A DNA stretch of 64,000 nt, taken from contig CBDCZH010000018.1 of NCBI GenBank assembly GCA_965224485.1, forward strand, positions 1-64,000. Reading direction: 5' to 3'. Made by a program: the position numbers and the translations under genes. Source of the DNA: Arcobacteraceae bacterium. GTDB lineage: Bacteria > Campylobacterota > Campylobacteria > Campylobacterales > Arcobacteraceae. Numbering within the stretch: position 1 is the first letter of the stretch; each line of letters starts with the position of its first letter. The notes below the pieces were generated by a model that was not told the origin of the DNA, made no database searches, and saw only the letters and a list, made by a program, of their open reading frames with translations. Shown one piece after another: positions 11,002 to 19,826 of this stretch.

Positions 11002-12231
11002 TTAGTTTTCATCTCTTGTTATAAAATCTACTTCTTTTTCTTTAAAAAATAACCATGAAATAGGAAGAATCTTTACCTTAGCATTTTCTTTTATAAAAGA
11101 GATATCTTCATTTATAATAATCATGCAATTACAAGATGCAAGAGTCGAAACCATTCCTGGACTTCTTTTATTTGAAATAGTAAAATATTCTCCATCAAAA
11201 TAACCAGGAAGCACGGTTATTCTTCCACCTTTTACTTCTAAAGAAGTTTTTAGTTTTCCATAAATATAAGCTTGGTGTAAATCTTTTGAATTATTAAGTT
11301 TTTGTATTATTACTTTTCCAAATAATTCAAATATTAAAGATGAAGCTAAGGGATTCCCTGGAAGATTTAGAACAAAAGTATTATCAATTTTTCCAAAAAT
11401 AGTAGGTTTTCCTGGTTTTATTTTAAGACCATCAAAAAGTATTTTAAAATCAAAAGTATTAAAAGCTTCTCTTGTAAAATCAGCATCTCCTACTGAAACT
11501 CCTCCTGAGCTTATAATTAAATCGGCATCTAAAGAGTTAGTAATGGCTTCTCTTATAGCTTCAACAGAATCTTTTGCTTGACCTATAAAACTTACCTCAC
11601 AGTTTAATTCTTTACAACGTGCTAATAAACTTGGGGTATTAGAGTTATATATTTGATGCTCTTGTATATTTTCATAATGTAGTTTTAACTCTTCTCCTGA
11701 GCTAAAAACAACAACTTTCGCTCTTTTAAAAACTTTTATGTGAGATATTCCTTGAGAACTTAACAAGGTAATTTTAGAAAAATCTATTTTTTGCCCTTTT
11801 TGTATTAATAGCTCACCTTTTTTTATATCTTCTCCTATATATCTTATATGTTGATTCATTTGTATTTGTGTAGATATTTTAATATGATCATTTTTCTCTA
11901 AACTTACATTTTCTTTTGGAACTACTGCTGTTGCATTTTTAGGAATTCTAGCCCCTGTCATTATTTTAATACAGCTTTTGTTTTTCAGTAAGTTCTTATT
12001 ATTATCTCCTGCAAAAATTGTGTCAATTATTTTTAGTTTTTCATCTCTTTGTTCATAAAATATTGCATAACCATCCATAGCTGAGTTATCAAACTTAGGT
12101 AAATTATATCTAGCATTTATATCTTGGGCTATTATTCTATGTAAGCAGTCTTCAATACTAAGAAACTCAAAGCTTGTTTCCTTAATAGAGTTTATAATTA
12201 TCTTAAGCGCTTCATTTACATTAATAGCCAT
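11002..12231 (-). CDS. moeA: Molybdopterin molybdotransferase
   Basis: PKFDNSAMDGYA, IMTGARIP, SGGVSVGDADF, KPGKP and LPGNP motifs. Confidence 0.96.
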   Translation of the reverse strand: MAINVNEALKIIINSIKETSFEFLSIEDCLHRIIAQDINARYNLPKFDNSAMDGYAIFYEQRDEKLKIIDTIFAGDNNKNLLKNKSCIKIMTGARIPKNATAVVPKENVSLEKNDHIKISTQIQMNQHIRYIGEDIKKGELLIQKGQKIDFSKITLLSSQGISHIKVFKRAKVVVFSSGEELKLHYENIQEHQIYNSNTPSLLARCKELNCEVSFIGQAKDSVEAIREAITNSLDADLIISSGGVSVGDADFTREAFNTFDFKILFDGLKIKPGKPTIFGKIDNTFVLNLPGNPLASSLIFELFGKVIIQKLNNSKDLHQAYIYGKLKTSLEVKGGRITVLPGYFDGEYFTISNKRSPGMVSTLASCNCMIIINEDISFIKENAKVKILPISWLFFKEKEVDFITRDEN

Positions 12232-12290
12232 TAATTATCCTTATGTTTAATTTAGTTATAATATCCAAAATTTTTAAAAGTGAGCTAACA

Positions 12291-12695
12291 ATGGAGATAA
12301 TGAGTGATGCGGTAAGTACGCATATATTTATGGTATTTGTATTTTTATTTATTATGATTTTTAATCTTATAAATGTATATAAACAAAAGAATTTTATTAA
12401 ATTAGCAAAAATGCTAAGATTTATGACACCTGTTTATCATGTAAGTAATGCAATGTTAATTTATACAGGAGCAATAGTAGCAGCTTATGCAAAAAGTATT
12501 CCTTTAATAGTAGCCTGTATGATTGTAGCATCAATTTTTCTTTTAGTTATTGAAATAAAAAGATTTAAAAAAATGAGAGTTATTAAATCTGATGATGTTA
12601 AACTGCAAGAAGAGTTTGTTGTATATGCAAAAAAGATATATACTATTGAAATATCAGTTTTAGTTTTTGTATATATAATTTCTAAAGTGTTTTAA
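12291..12695 (+). CDS. Conserved hypothetical membrane protein (about 4 TM)
   Basis: Four hydrophobic stretches; stop overlaps the rsmE start. Start position uncertain (12243, 12291 or 12300). Confidence 0.7.
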   Translation: MEIMSDAVSTHIFMVFVFLFIMIFNLINVYKQKNFIKLAKMLRFMTPVYHVSNAMLIYTGAIVAAYAKSIPLIVACMIVASIFLLVIEIKRFKKMRVIKSDDVKLQEEFVVYAKKIYTIEISVLVFVYIISKVF

Positions 12696-13363
12696 TGCAG
12701 TTTATACATAATATTGATGCTGGAAAACTTGAGCTTAATATTTGCGATGAAACATATAGATATATTATAAAAGCTAGGCGTCATAAGATTTCTGATTTAA
12801 TATATTTTAGAAATCTTAGTGATGATTTTTTATACTCTTATGAAATAAAAAATATTTCAAGAAAAGACGTGCTTTTAAACCTTCTCTCAAAAGATGAAAA
12901 AGTTATAGAAGCAAATAAAAAGCTTCATCTTATTTGGTGTATTGTTGATATTAAAACAATTGAGAAACAACTTCCATATTTAAATGAAATCGGTGTTGAT
13001 AAGATCTCTTTTGCATATAGTGAGTATTCTCAAAAAAGTTTTAAAATAAATTTTGAGAAATTGGAAAAAATATTAATTAATTCTTCATCTCAATGTGGAA
13101 GATCTTCTATCATAAAGCTTGACGTGATTTCTAATTTAGATGAATATATAAAAAAAAATAATGATTTATATATGTTGAATTTTTCGAAAAATAAAATTCT
13201 TGCTAATGAAGAGTATGAAAAAGTATTAATTGGTTGTGAAGGTGGTTTTTCAAAAGATGAGATTGATAACTTTTCTGCTAATAAAATTATTGGTTTAAAT
13301 ACAAACATGATTTTAAAGTCGCAAACAGCTATTTCTTCTCTTGCTTCTAAAATCTTACTATAA
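12695..13363 (+). CDS. rsmE: 16S rRNA m3U1498 methyltransferase
   Basis: LNEIGV, SSQCGRS, LIGCEGGFS and ILKSQTA, matching the RsmE SPOUT motifs. Confidence 0.9.
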   Translation: MQFIHNIDAGKLELNICDETYRYIIKARRHKISDLIYFRNLSDDFLYSYEIKNISRKDVLLNLLSKDEKVIEANKKLHLIWCIVDIKTIEKQLPYLNEIGVDKISFAYSEYSQKSFKINFEKLEKILINSSSQCGRSSIIKLDVISNLDEYIKKNNDLYMLNFSKNKILANEEYEKVLIGCEGGFSKDEIDNFSANKIIGLNTNMILKSQTAISSLASKILL

Positions 13364-13377
13364 GTTAAGTAAAAATA

Positions 13378-13405
13378 ATTAAGAGATAAGTACTTATCTC
13401 TTAAT
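13378..13405. terminator. Palindromic hairpin between convergent genes
   Basis: ATTAAGAGATAAG TA CTTATCTCTTAAT is a perfect inverted repeat. Confidence 0.7.
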
Positions 13406-13428
13406 CTTCTAAATATATATTATTTTTT

Positions 13429-13824
13429 CTACCACTCTCTTACAATAGCATGACAGCGAGAACAGGCATTTAACATATCTGAATAAGCATTAGATGCATC
13501 AACATAAGCTTTATTATCTAAGTTTAATTCTAATACTGTTGCATCTAGATTAATTCTTTTAGCTTGTGAAATTGCAATATTAACCATGTGTTTTTTATTT
13601 TTTGGTAAATAATCTTTAATTACAGCTTTATTTGTAAAAAGTGAATTTCCTTTTTTTACTAATTTAACTCCATCATTTATAAGTACTTTATCGTTGTTTA
13701 AAAATCCGCTTTGAATCTGACTCATACCTTTTTCCATCATAGTCATTGATTCTTTCATCACATCTTGAGCTGCAAGAATACTAAAAGCTAAAGTTGAAGC
13801 TAAAAGTAATTTTTTAATATTCAT
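13429..13824 (-). CDS. Periplasmic class II cytochrome c (c'/c556-like)
   Basis: Signal peptide, helical character and a single C-terminal CSRCH heme-binding motif. Confidence 0.85.
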   Translation of the reverse strand: MNIKKLLLASTLAFSILAAQDVMKESMTMMEKGMSQIQSGFLNNDKVLINDGVKLVKKGNSLFTNKAVIKDYLPKNKKHMVNIAISQAKRINLDATVLELNLDNKAYVDASNAYSDMLNACSRCHAIVREW

Positions 13825-13954
13825 TTCTAATCCTTTGTTATAACTTATAAAAATTTTACAATTTAATTATTAAATAAAAACTTAAACTATAGGCCTTGTT
13901 TTAATAAAATTATTTTTTGTGACAAATTGTAATTGTTTTGAAACTTAAGAAGAA

Positions 13955-13990
13955 TAAAAAAGGTTTAAAGTAAAACTTTAAACCTTTTTA
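13955..13990 (-). terminator. Intrinsic terminator of petABC
   Basis: AAAAAAGGTTTAAAG TAAAA CTTTAAACCTTTTT. Confidence 0.85.
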
Positions 13991-14010
13991 AATTTTATAA
14001 AGAGTTAGTT

Positions 14011-15039
14011 CTAGTGAACATCTCTCCATTTAGATGCTTTCCATAAGAAGGCAAAAATAGCAAAGATAAGAGCATAAATTAAGAACTTAGGTCCTAATTC
14101 TTCTCTTTCAACTTTTTTTGAATCTCCAATTTCTTGCATATATGTAATTGCTTGATCTTCAGAGTCTTTTGTTAATCCAACTCTAGGCATAGCTGTACCT
14201 TCTAAGTGTTTTTGTGGATCATTTACAAATTCATGTAAGTATGATTCACTTCTTGATCTTATATATTGAGATAAATCTGGTGGAATTTTACCCATGTATG
14301 ATTTAATGTTTTCTTTAGGAGTTTTAGCTGCCATTGTACCATTTTTCATATCAGCATATTTAATTCCATGACATCTTAAACAAGCATTAGTAAATACTTC
14401 TTTATTTGTCATTTCTTTTGGAGCAATACTTCTTAAGTATGCAACCATATCAGCAATTTCTTGTGCAGGCATCCAGTCATAATTAGGCATAGGATGAACA
14501 GCTTCATCTTCATATTTATGAGTAACCTTAGCAGCTTGTGCCGGGTTTCTAATAAATGCAGCTAAATAATCAGCTGTATATAATTTTCCAGCTGTACTTA
14601 AATCAGGTGGAACAATTCCATATGCAGCTGCTGAACTAGCATCATCCATAACAGGAGGAAAACCTATTGCTTCAATTGAGTGACATGCAGTACAATTAGC
14701 TTGAACTAATGTTGCACCATTTGCAACATCACCAGTAGCATCAATAGCAGGTTTAGTAGCTAACCAAAAGTCATTTGAAGCTTTTTGTTTATTCTGTACA
14801 TATTCTAAAGTTTCTTTAGCTGAATGAATATCTTTTTTATTATTACTAGCTTGCGCTTCTATTAATAAAACTTTAGCATCTGCAACTAATTCTTCTGATG
14901 TAATTTTATCAGCTTGTGCAAAGTTATAATTTGGTGCATCTACATGAGGATGCATTTCATTATGTGCATATGGCTCAACACCCCAGTAAGTAATAAGTGT
15001 TAATGCAACTACTACTGCAAGTACTTTTAATTCTCTCAT
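14011..15039 (-). CDS. petC: Cytochrome c1 of the bc complex (diheme, Campylobacterota type)
   Basis: Two heme motifs (CTACH, CLRCH), PPDLS twice, GTAMPRVGL and a C-terminal TM anchor; follows petB. Confidence 0.93.
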   Translation of the reverse strand: MRELKVLAVVVALTLITYWGVEPYAHNEMHPHVDAPNYNFAQADKITSEELVADAKVLLIEAQASNNKKDIHSAKETLEYVQNKQKASNDFWLATKPAIDATGDVANGATLVQANCTACHSIEAIGFPPVMDDASSAAAYGIVPPDLSTAGKLYTADYLAAFIRNPAQAAKVTHKYEDEAVHPMPNYDWMPAQEIADMVAYLRSIAPKEMTNKEVFTNACLRCHGIKYADMKNGTMAAKTPKENIKSYMGKIPPDLSQYIRSRSESYLHEFVNDPQKHLEGTAMPRVGLTKDSEDQAITYMQEIGDSKKVEREELGPKFLIYALIFAIFAFLWKASKWRDVH

Positions 15040-16286
15040 AGTGAACCTCTCTTTTTAGCATCCAGTTTAGTAACAATTGGTAATGCAATAAAAATTAATA
15101 AAAATACAACTGCAGCATAGAAACCAACCCATGCATTTGCTCCTGTTGGAGGTAATTTACCATAAACAGTAAGTACAATTAAATCTGCCATTAAAATCCA
15201 AAACCAAATAAAGAACGCAGGTCTTTTATGAGCAGGTAAAATTTCAGGATCTCTATCTAAGAATGGTACAATTAAGAAAGCAACATTTGCAAATCCAAAT
15301 GCAGCAAGACCAATATCAAATGCTTTAAATCCAGCAATATCAAAGAAGAAACCTCTTAATACTTCATACGACCATAAGAAATACCACTCAGGATAAATAT
15401 GAGCAGGTGTAACCATATTGTCAGCAGGATCAAAGTTAACAGGATCCATAGCAAAGTTATAATGGAAGAATACTAAGTAGAAGTAAAAGATTAAAAATAC
15501 TCCAAGAACTGCTAAATCTTTTGAGATAAATACAGGCCAAAAAGGAATAACTTTTGATTCTTTTTTATTTCCAGCTAGATATTTTTCAGCTTCTGCATCA
15601 AAATCAATATCTTCTGAAGTTTGATTATTAACATGAGGAATTCTTAAAGTATAAAAATGTAGTGCAATAAGACCTAAAATAGCCATAGGTAATAAGAAAA
15701 CATGTAACATGAAGAATCTAGTTAAAGTAGCATCAGCAACATTAAAGTCACCTCTAATCCAAACTACAAGTGCATCACCAATTAAAGGAATTCCACCAAA
15801 TAAGTTAGTAATAACCATAGCTGCCCAGTAAGACATTTGTCCCCAAGGTAACATATATCCAGAGAATCCAGCTGCTGAAAATGTCATAAATAATAACATA
15901 CCAGAAATCCAAATCATTTCTCTACCACGTTTATAAGAACCATAATAGATTCCTGTAAACATATGAATATATATAATTAAGAAGATTACAGAAGCAGCAA
16001 CACCATGCATATGTCTAAATAACCAACCATAAGCAACTTCTTGCATAATAGTATAGTTAACACTATCAAATGCTAAACCAATATCTGGTTTGTAATACAT
16101 AAGTAAAAAAATACCTGAGATAATTAAAATACCAAAAGTAGTTGCTAAAAGAACACCCATAGCCCATAAGAAGTTAATATCTTTTGGAATCCAGTACTCT
16201 GTCATCATAACTTTGTTAAAAGTAGTAAGATTTAATCGTTGATCTAACCACTCTCCAACAGAGTTTGCTTTTTCAAATTTTGCCAT
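15036..16286 (-). CDS. petB: Cytochrome b of the bc complex
   Basis: GYMLPWGQMSYWA, TLTRFFMLH and HIYPEWYFL motifs. Confidence 0.98.
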   Translation of the reverse strand: MAKFEKANSVGEWLDQRLNLTTFNKVMMTEYWIPKDINFLWAMGVLLATTFGILIISGIFLLMYYKPDIGLAFDSVNYTIMQEVAYGWLFRHMHGVAASVIFLIIYIHMFTGIYYGSYKRGREMIWISGMLLFMTFSAAGFSGYMLPWGQMSYWAAMVITNLFGGIPLIGDALVVWIRGDFNVADATLTRFFMLHVFLLPMAILGLIALHFYTLRIPHVNNQTSEDIDFDAEAEKYLAGNKKESKVIPFWPVFISKDLAVLGVFLIFYFYLVFFHYNFAMDPVNFDPADNMVTPAHIYPEWYFLWSYEVLRGFFFDIAGFKAFDIGLAAFGFANVAFLIVPFLDRDPEILPAHKRPAFFIWFWILMADLIVLTVYGKLPPTGANAWVGFYAAVVFLLIFIALPIVTKLDAKKRGSL

Positions 16287-16296
16287 TAGTTCTCCC

Positions 16297-16803
16297 TTAC
16301 GCTTGAGTTGCTAAATAACTAGCAATTGCTTTATATTCAGAACCTTCGTTACCTAAAACGATTTTTGTTCCTTCAACAGTAAATGGAGGTAAATCCAATG
16401 GTCTAGGAGGTGGTCCAAAAGTTTGTTTACCACTTGCATCAAATTGACCACCGTGACAGGCACATTTCCATTGGTCTTTTTTCCACGCTGGAATACACCC
16501 AAGGTGAGTACATAATCCAATAGCAACAGTAAATCTGTCACTTCCGACTTTTAAATCTCTTTGTGAGTCTTCCATATCTGCTGTTTTTTTAAGAACAAAA
16601 ATAGGCTTTCCTCTCCATGAGAATGTTTGAGGTTTTCCTGGTTTAAGAGGAGCTAGATCAATTGTAGTAAAACCACCAGCTAGGACACTTGGAAGTGGAT
16701 CCCATGCTTGTTTCATACCAACAAGAGACGCAGCACCACCAACAGCCGCAACAGCTGCAAATGAGTAACCAATAAAATCTCGTCTATTTGTTTCGTTAGA
16801 CAT
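16297..16803 (-). CDS. petA: Rieske iron-sulfur subunit
   Basis: Tat motif NRRDF and Rieske boxes CTHLGC and CACHGG. Confidence 0.97.
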   Translation of the reverse strand: MSNETNRRDFIGYSFAAVAAVGGAASLVGMKQAWDPLPSVLAGGFTTIDLAPLKPGKPQTFSWRGKPIFVLKKTADMEDSQRDLKVGSDRFTVAIGLCTHLGCIPAWKKDQWKCACHGGQFDASGKQTFGPPPRPLDLPPFTVEGTKIVLGNEGSEYKAIASYLATQA

Positions 16804-16862
16804 TTATCTTCCTTTTTTAAAATAAAATCTACTTATTATATTTAATTTTATCTTAAAGATTA

Positions 16863-16876
16863 ATGACATTGGTCAA
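16863..16876. promoter_or_regulatory. Possible Crp/Fnr-family box upstream of petABC
   Basis: ATGAC-ATTG-GTCAA, which reads TTGAC-N4-GTCAT on the minus strand, about 60 bp upstream of the petA start. Confidence 0.45.
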
Positions 16877-16934
16877 GCCAAGTAAAAAAGTTTGCAAATA
16901 TGTTGAAACTACACAGCTATCGAAGTTGATAGTG

Positions 16935-16963
16935 ATTCTCAAGATGTAAAAAATCTTGAGAAT
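16935..16963 (-). terminator. Hairpin downstream of thrC
   Basis: ATTCTCAAGAT...ATCTTGAGAAT inverted repeat. Confidence 0.6.
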
Positions 16964-16969
16964 TATAAG

Positions 16970-18448
16970 TTATTTTGATATAAAGGAAAGGATTTCTTTT
17001 TCAATATTTCCTTTGTCTATTATTAAATTATGCTTAATTTCAGCAGAAAATAATTTTTTAATTGAAGAAGGAATATTAGTTTTTGTTTCTTTAGCTATTT
17101 TTTCTAAAGCATCTTTGTCTGTATATTTATTTGTATCGTTATTAAGTGCATTTAATACAATAGGTGAAAATTTTGTCCATTGTGCTGTTGAATACATAAC
17201 AGATTTTAATTTTTTTTCTTTTAAGTTCTCATATGCTTTTAAACAAGTTGCTGTATGAGGATCCATTATATAGTTTTTCTTATAATATTTATTAATAATA
17301 TTTTTTCCAAAATTATCATCTGAATAGCTTGCTGAAAAAAACTTTTGAATCTCTTCTCTTTCTTTTTCATTTAAAGTAAAAATACCTTTTTCATTTAAAT
17401 CATTCATAAACTCTTTTGTTCTTAAAGAACCAAAAAGATCAAATAATATTCTTTCTATATTTGATGATTTTAGTATATCCATAGCAGGTGAATTAGTTAA
17501 GACTAATTTTTTATCTCTAATATCATAAATACCTGTATTTATCCATTGTGTTAGTATATTATTTTCATTTGATGAAATAAGGATTTTTTCAATAGGAAGA
17601 CCCATTAAAATTCCATAATAAGCTCCAAGAGCATTTCCAAAGTTTCCAGAAGGCACAATTAAGTATATTTTTTCACCAAGTTTAATCTCTTCTTTTCTAA
17701 CAAGTTCAATATAAGAATGAAGATGATAAATTATTTGGAAAATTATTCTTCCAAAGTTAACAGAGTTAGCAGCTGAAAGTTTGATTCCTTCTTTTTGAAG
17801 CTCTTCTTTAAAAGTTTTTGAAGCTAAAAGATTTTTTAAAGCAGCTTGCGCATCATCAAAACTTCCATTTATTCCAATAACTTTTAAATTTTGTGCATCT
17901 TCACAAACCATTTGTAATCTTTGAACATCACTAGTTCCACCATTTGGATATAAACAAACAACTTTTATACCTTCTTTGTTTCTAAAAGTATTTAAAGCAG
18001 CAGGTCCAGTATCTCCTGAAGTTGCAGCTAGTATTAGATATTCTTCGTTATTCTTTTTTGCTAAATGACTTAAAATAGAACCAAAAGGTTGTAATGCCAT
18101 ATCTTTAAAAGCTCGTGTAGGTCCGTGATATTGTTCTTGTACAAATAAATCATCTTCTATTTTAACTATTGGTGCTGGATTATTTTTATCATCAAATTTA
18201 TCATATAAATCTAAGGCTTTACTAATTTCTTCTTCCTCTATATTAATTTTAAATTCTTTTAGTAAATCAAATGCCAGTTCTTTATATGAAGAGTTAAGAT
18301 GTTTTTTTACAAAATCTAAACCTAAGTTTGGAAAAGATTTAGGTACATATAAACCTCCAAAAGATGCAATTGGACTTAAAATAGCCTGCGAAAAGCTTAC
18401 TTCTTTATCTTTAACTCCATCATTTCCTCTTGTTTCTATAAAATTCAT
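16970..18448 (-). CDS. thrC: Threonine synthase
   Basis: HGPTRAFKDMALQ (PLP lysine), ATSGDTGPAA, SAANSVNFGRI and PSGNFGN motifs. Confidence 0.97.
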   Translation of the reverse strand: MNFIETRGNDGVKDKEVSFSQAILSPIASFGGLYVPKSFPNLGLDFVKKHLNSSYKELAFDLLKEFKINIEEEEISKALDLYDKFDDKNNPAPIVKIEDDLFVQEQYHGPTRAFKDMALQPFGSILSHLAKKNNEEYLILAATSGDTGPAALNTFRNKEGIKVVCLYPNGGTSDVQRLQMVCEDAQNLKVIGINGSFDDAQAALKNLLASKTFKEELQKEGIKLSAANSVNFGRIIFQIIYHLHSYIELVRKEEIKLGEKIYLIVPSGNFGNALGAYYGILMGLPIEKILISSNENNILTQWINTGIYDIRDKKLVLTNSPAMDILKSSNIERILFDLFGSLRTKEFMNDLNEKGIFTLNEKEREEIQKFFSASYSDDNFGKNIINKYYKKNYIMDPHTATCLKAYENLKEKKLKSVMYSTAQWTKFSPIVLNALNNDTNKYTDKDALEKIAKETKTNIPSSIKKLFSAEIKHNLIIDKGNIEKEILSFISK

Positions 18449-18456
18449 TTTTTTCC

Positions 18457-19362
18457 TTATTTTTCTTCATTTAGTAATTTATTAATATCAATACCATTAT
18501 TAGGATTTTCTTTTCTTAAAAATTGAGTTCCAATTCCTCTGCTTGTAAAAAGCTCAAGTAAAATTGAGTGCTCAACACGACCGTCAATTATATGGGCTTT
18601 ATTAACACCATTATGAATAGCTTCAATACAAGAATCAACTTTTGGAATCATTCCACCTTCAATTGTTCCATCTTTTTTATAATCTTCTACTTTTTGTTTA
18701 TCTAAAGTAGTAATTAATTCTTTATTTTTATCTAAAACACCAATAATATCAGTTAAAAAAATAACTTTTTGTGCCTTTATTGCTGCTGCTATTTTTGAAG
18801 CTGCAATATCTGCATTTATATTATAACCTGGATGTCCAGGCTCGCTTGAATCAGCAATTGGAGCAATAACAGGAATATAACCTTGTTCTAATAAATCATT
18901 AATCATATTTGCATTAATTTGTGTAATAACACCTGTATAACCAAACTTTCCATTTTCTTTAGGAATTGCTTTAATTATTGCATTGTCTTTTCCCGATATT
19001 CCTATTGCTTTTGCCCCATGATGATTTAATAAAGAGGTAAGGTTTTTATTAATTTCTCCACTTAAAACCATTTCAACTATTCTCATAGTCTCTTCGCTTG
19101 TAACTCTATGTCCATCTATAAATTCTGATTTAATTTTAAGTTGTTCTAAGAGTTCTGAAATTCTTGCACCTCCTCCATGAACTATGACAGGTTTTATTCC
19201 AACAAGAGCTAAAAGTGCTATATCTTGAGCAAATTTTTCTTGTAAATTTTTTGAAGTTTGAGCAGAACCACCATATTTTATAACAATAGTTTTGCCATGA
19301 AATTTTTTTATATAAGGTATTGCATCAAGTAAGGTTGTTATTTCTGAATGTTTATTTTGCAT
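18457..19362 (-). CDS. argB: Acetylglutamate kinase
   Basis: VIKYGGS, VHGGG, NINADIAA and GGMIPKV motifs. Confidence 0.97.
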   Translation of the reverse strand: MQNKHSEITTLLDAIPYIKKFHGKTIVIKYGGSAQTSKNLQEKFAQDIALLALVGIKPVIVHGGGARISELLEQLKIKSEFIDGHRVTSEETMRIVEMVLSGEINKNLTSLLNHHGAKAIGISGKDNAIIKAIPKENGKFGYTGVITQINANMINDLLEQGYIPVIAPIADSSEPGHPGYNINADIAASKIAAAIKAQKVIFLTDIIGVLDKNKELITTLDKQKVEDYKKDGTIEGGMIPKVDSCIEAIHNGVNKAHIIDGRVEHSILLELFTSRGIGTQFLRKENPNNGIDINKLLNEEK

Positions 19363-19457
19363 TTGTAATTATGCCTTTTTGTATAAAAATTTGAAAATTA
19401 TACAACAAATAAACTTTTTATATTATAATATGTTACTTAATGATAAAAAGGCTTAAA

Positions 19458-19754
19458 ATGAATACCTTACCTTCTGACGCAAAATTATTAGAAGTAGAAA
19501 AAGCAACACTTAGTTTTTATGAGTTTTATAAAGATAGTATTAAATATTATTATTTTGATTCAAGTGCTTGTACTCCACCAGATCCAATGGTAAATGCAAT
19601 AGTTGGATTAGAATTAATTAAAGATGATAATAGATTAATAATGATTAATCATCAAATTCCAAATGCTTTATTAACAAAAATTACACATACTTACAATGTT
19701 GATATTTCTGCTTTAGATAATGGTCATGTTAAGTTAGAATTTTCTTTAAAATAA
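19458..19754 (+). CDS. Small DUF2249/SirA(TusA)-like protein, paralog of 34915-35259
   Basis: YYFDSSACTPPDPMVNA...LIMINHQIP, closely similar to the 34915 protein; AAGG RBS before the ATG at 19458. Confidence 0.65.
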   Translation: MNTLPSDAKLLEVEKATLSFYEFYKDSIKYYYFDSSACTPPDPMVNAIVGLELIKDDNRLIMINHQIPNALLTKITHTYNVDISALDNGHVKLEFSLK

Positions 19755-19826
19755 AAGAGTTAGTATCAAAACTAACTCTAAAGCATAAAAATATAAAACC
19801 TACAACTTAATAGCTTACTAACAAAC

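Noticed and set aside
14011..15039. Two heme motifs in cytochrome c1 as a novelty
   Set aside because: A diheme cytochrome c subunit is the established norm for Campylobacterota bc complexes.
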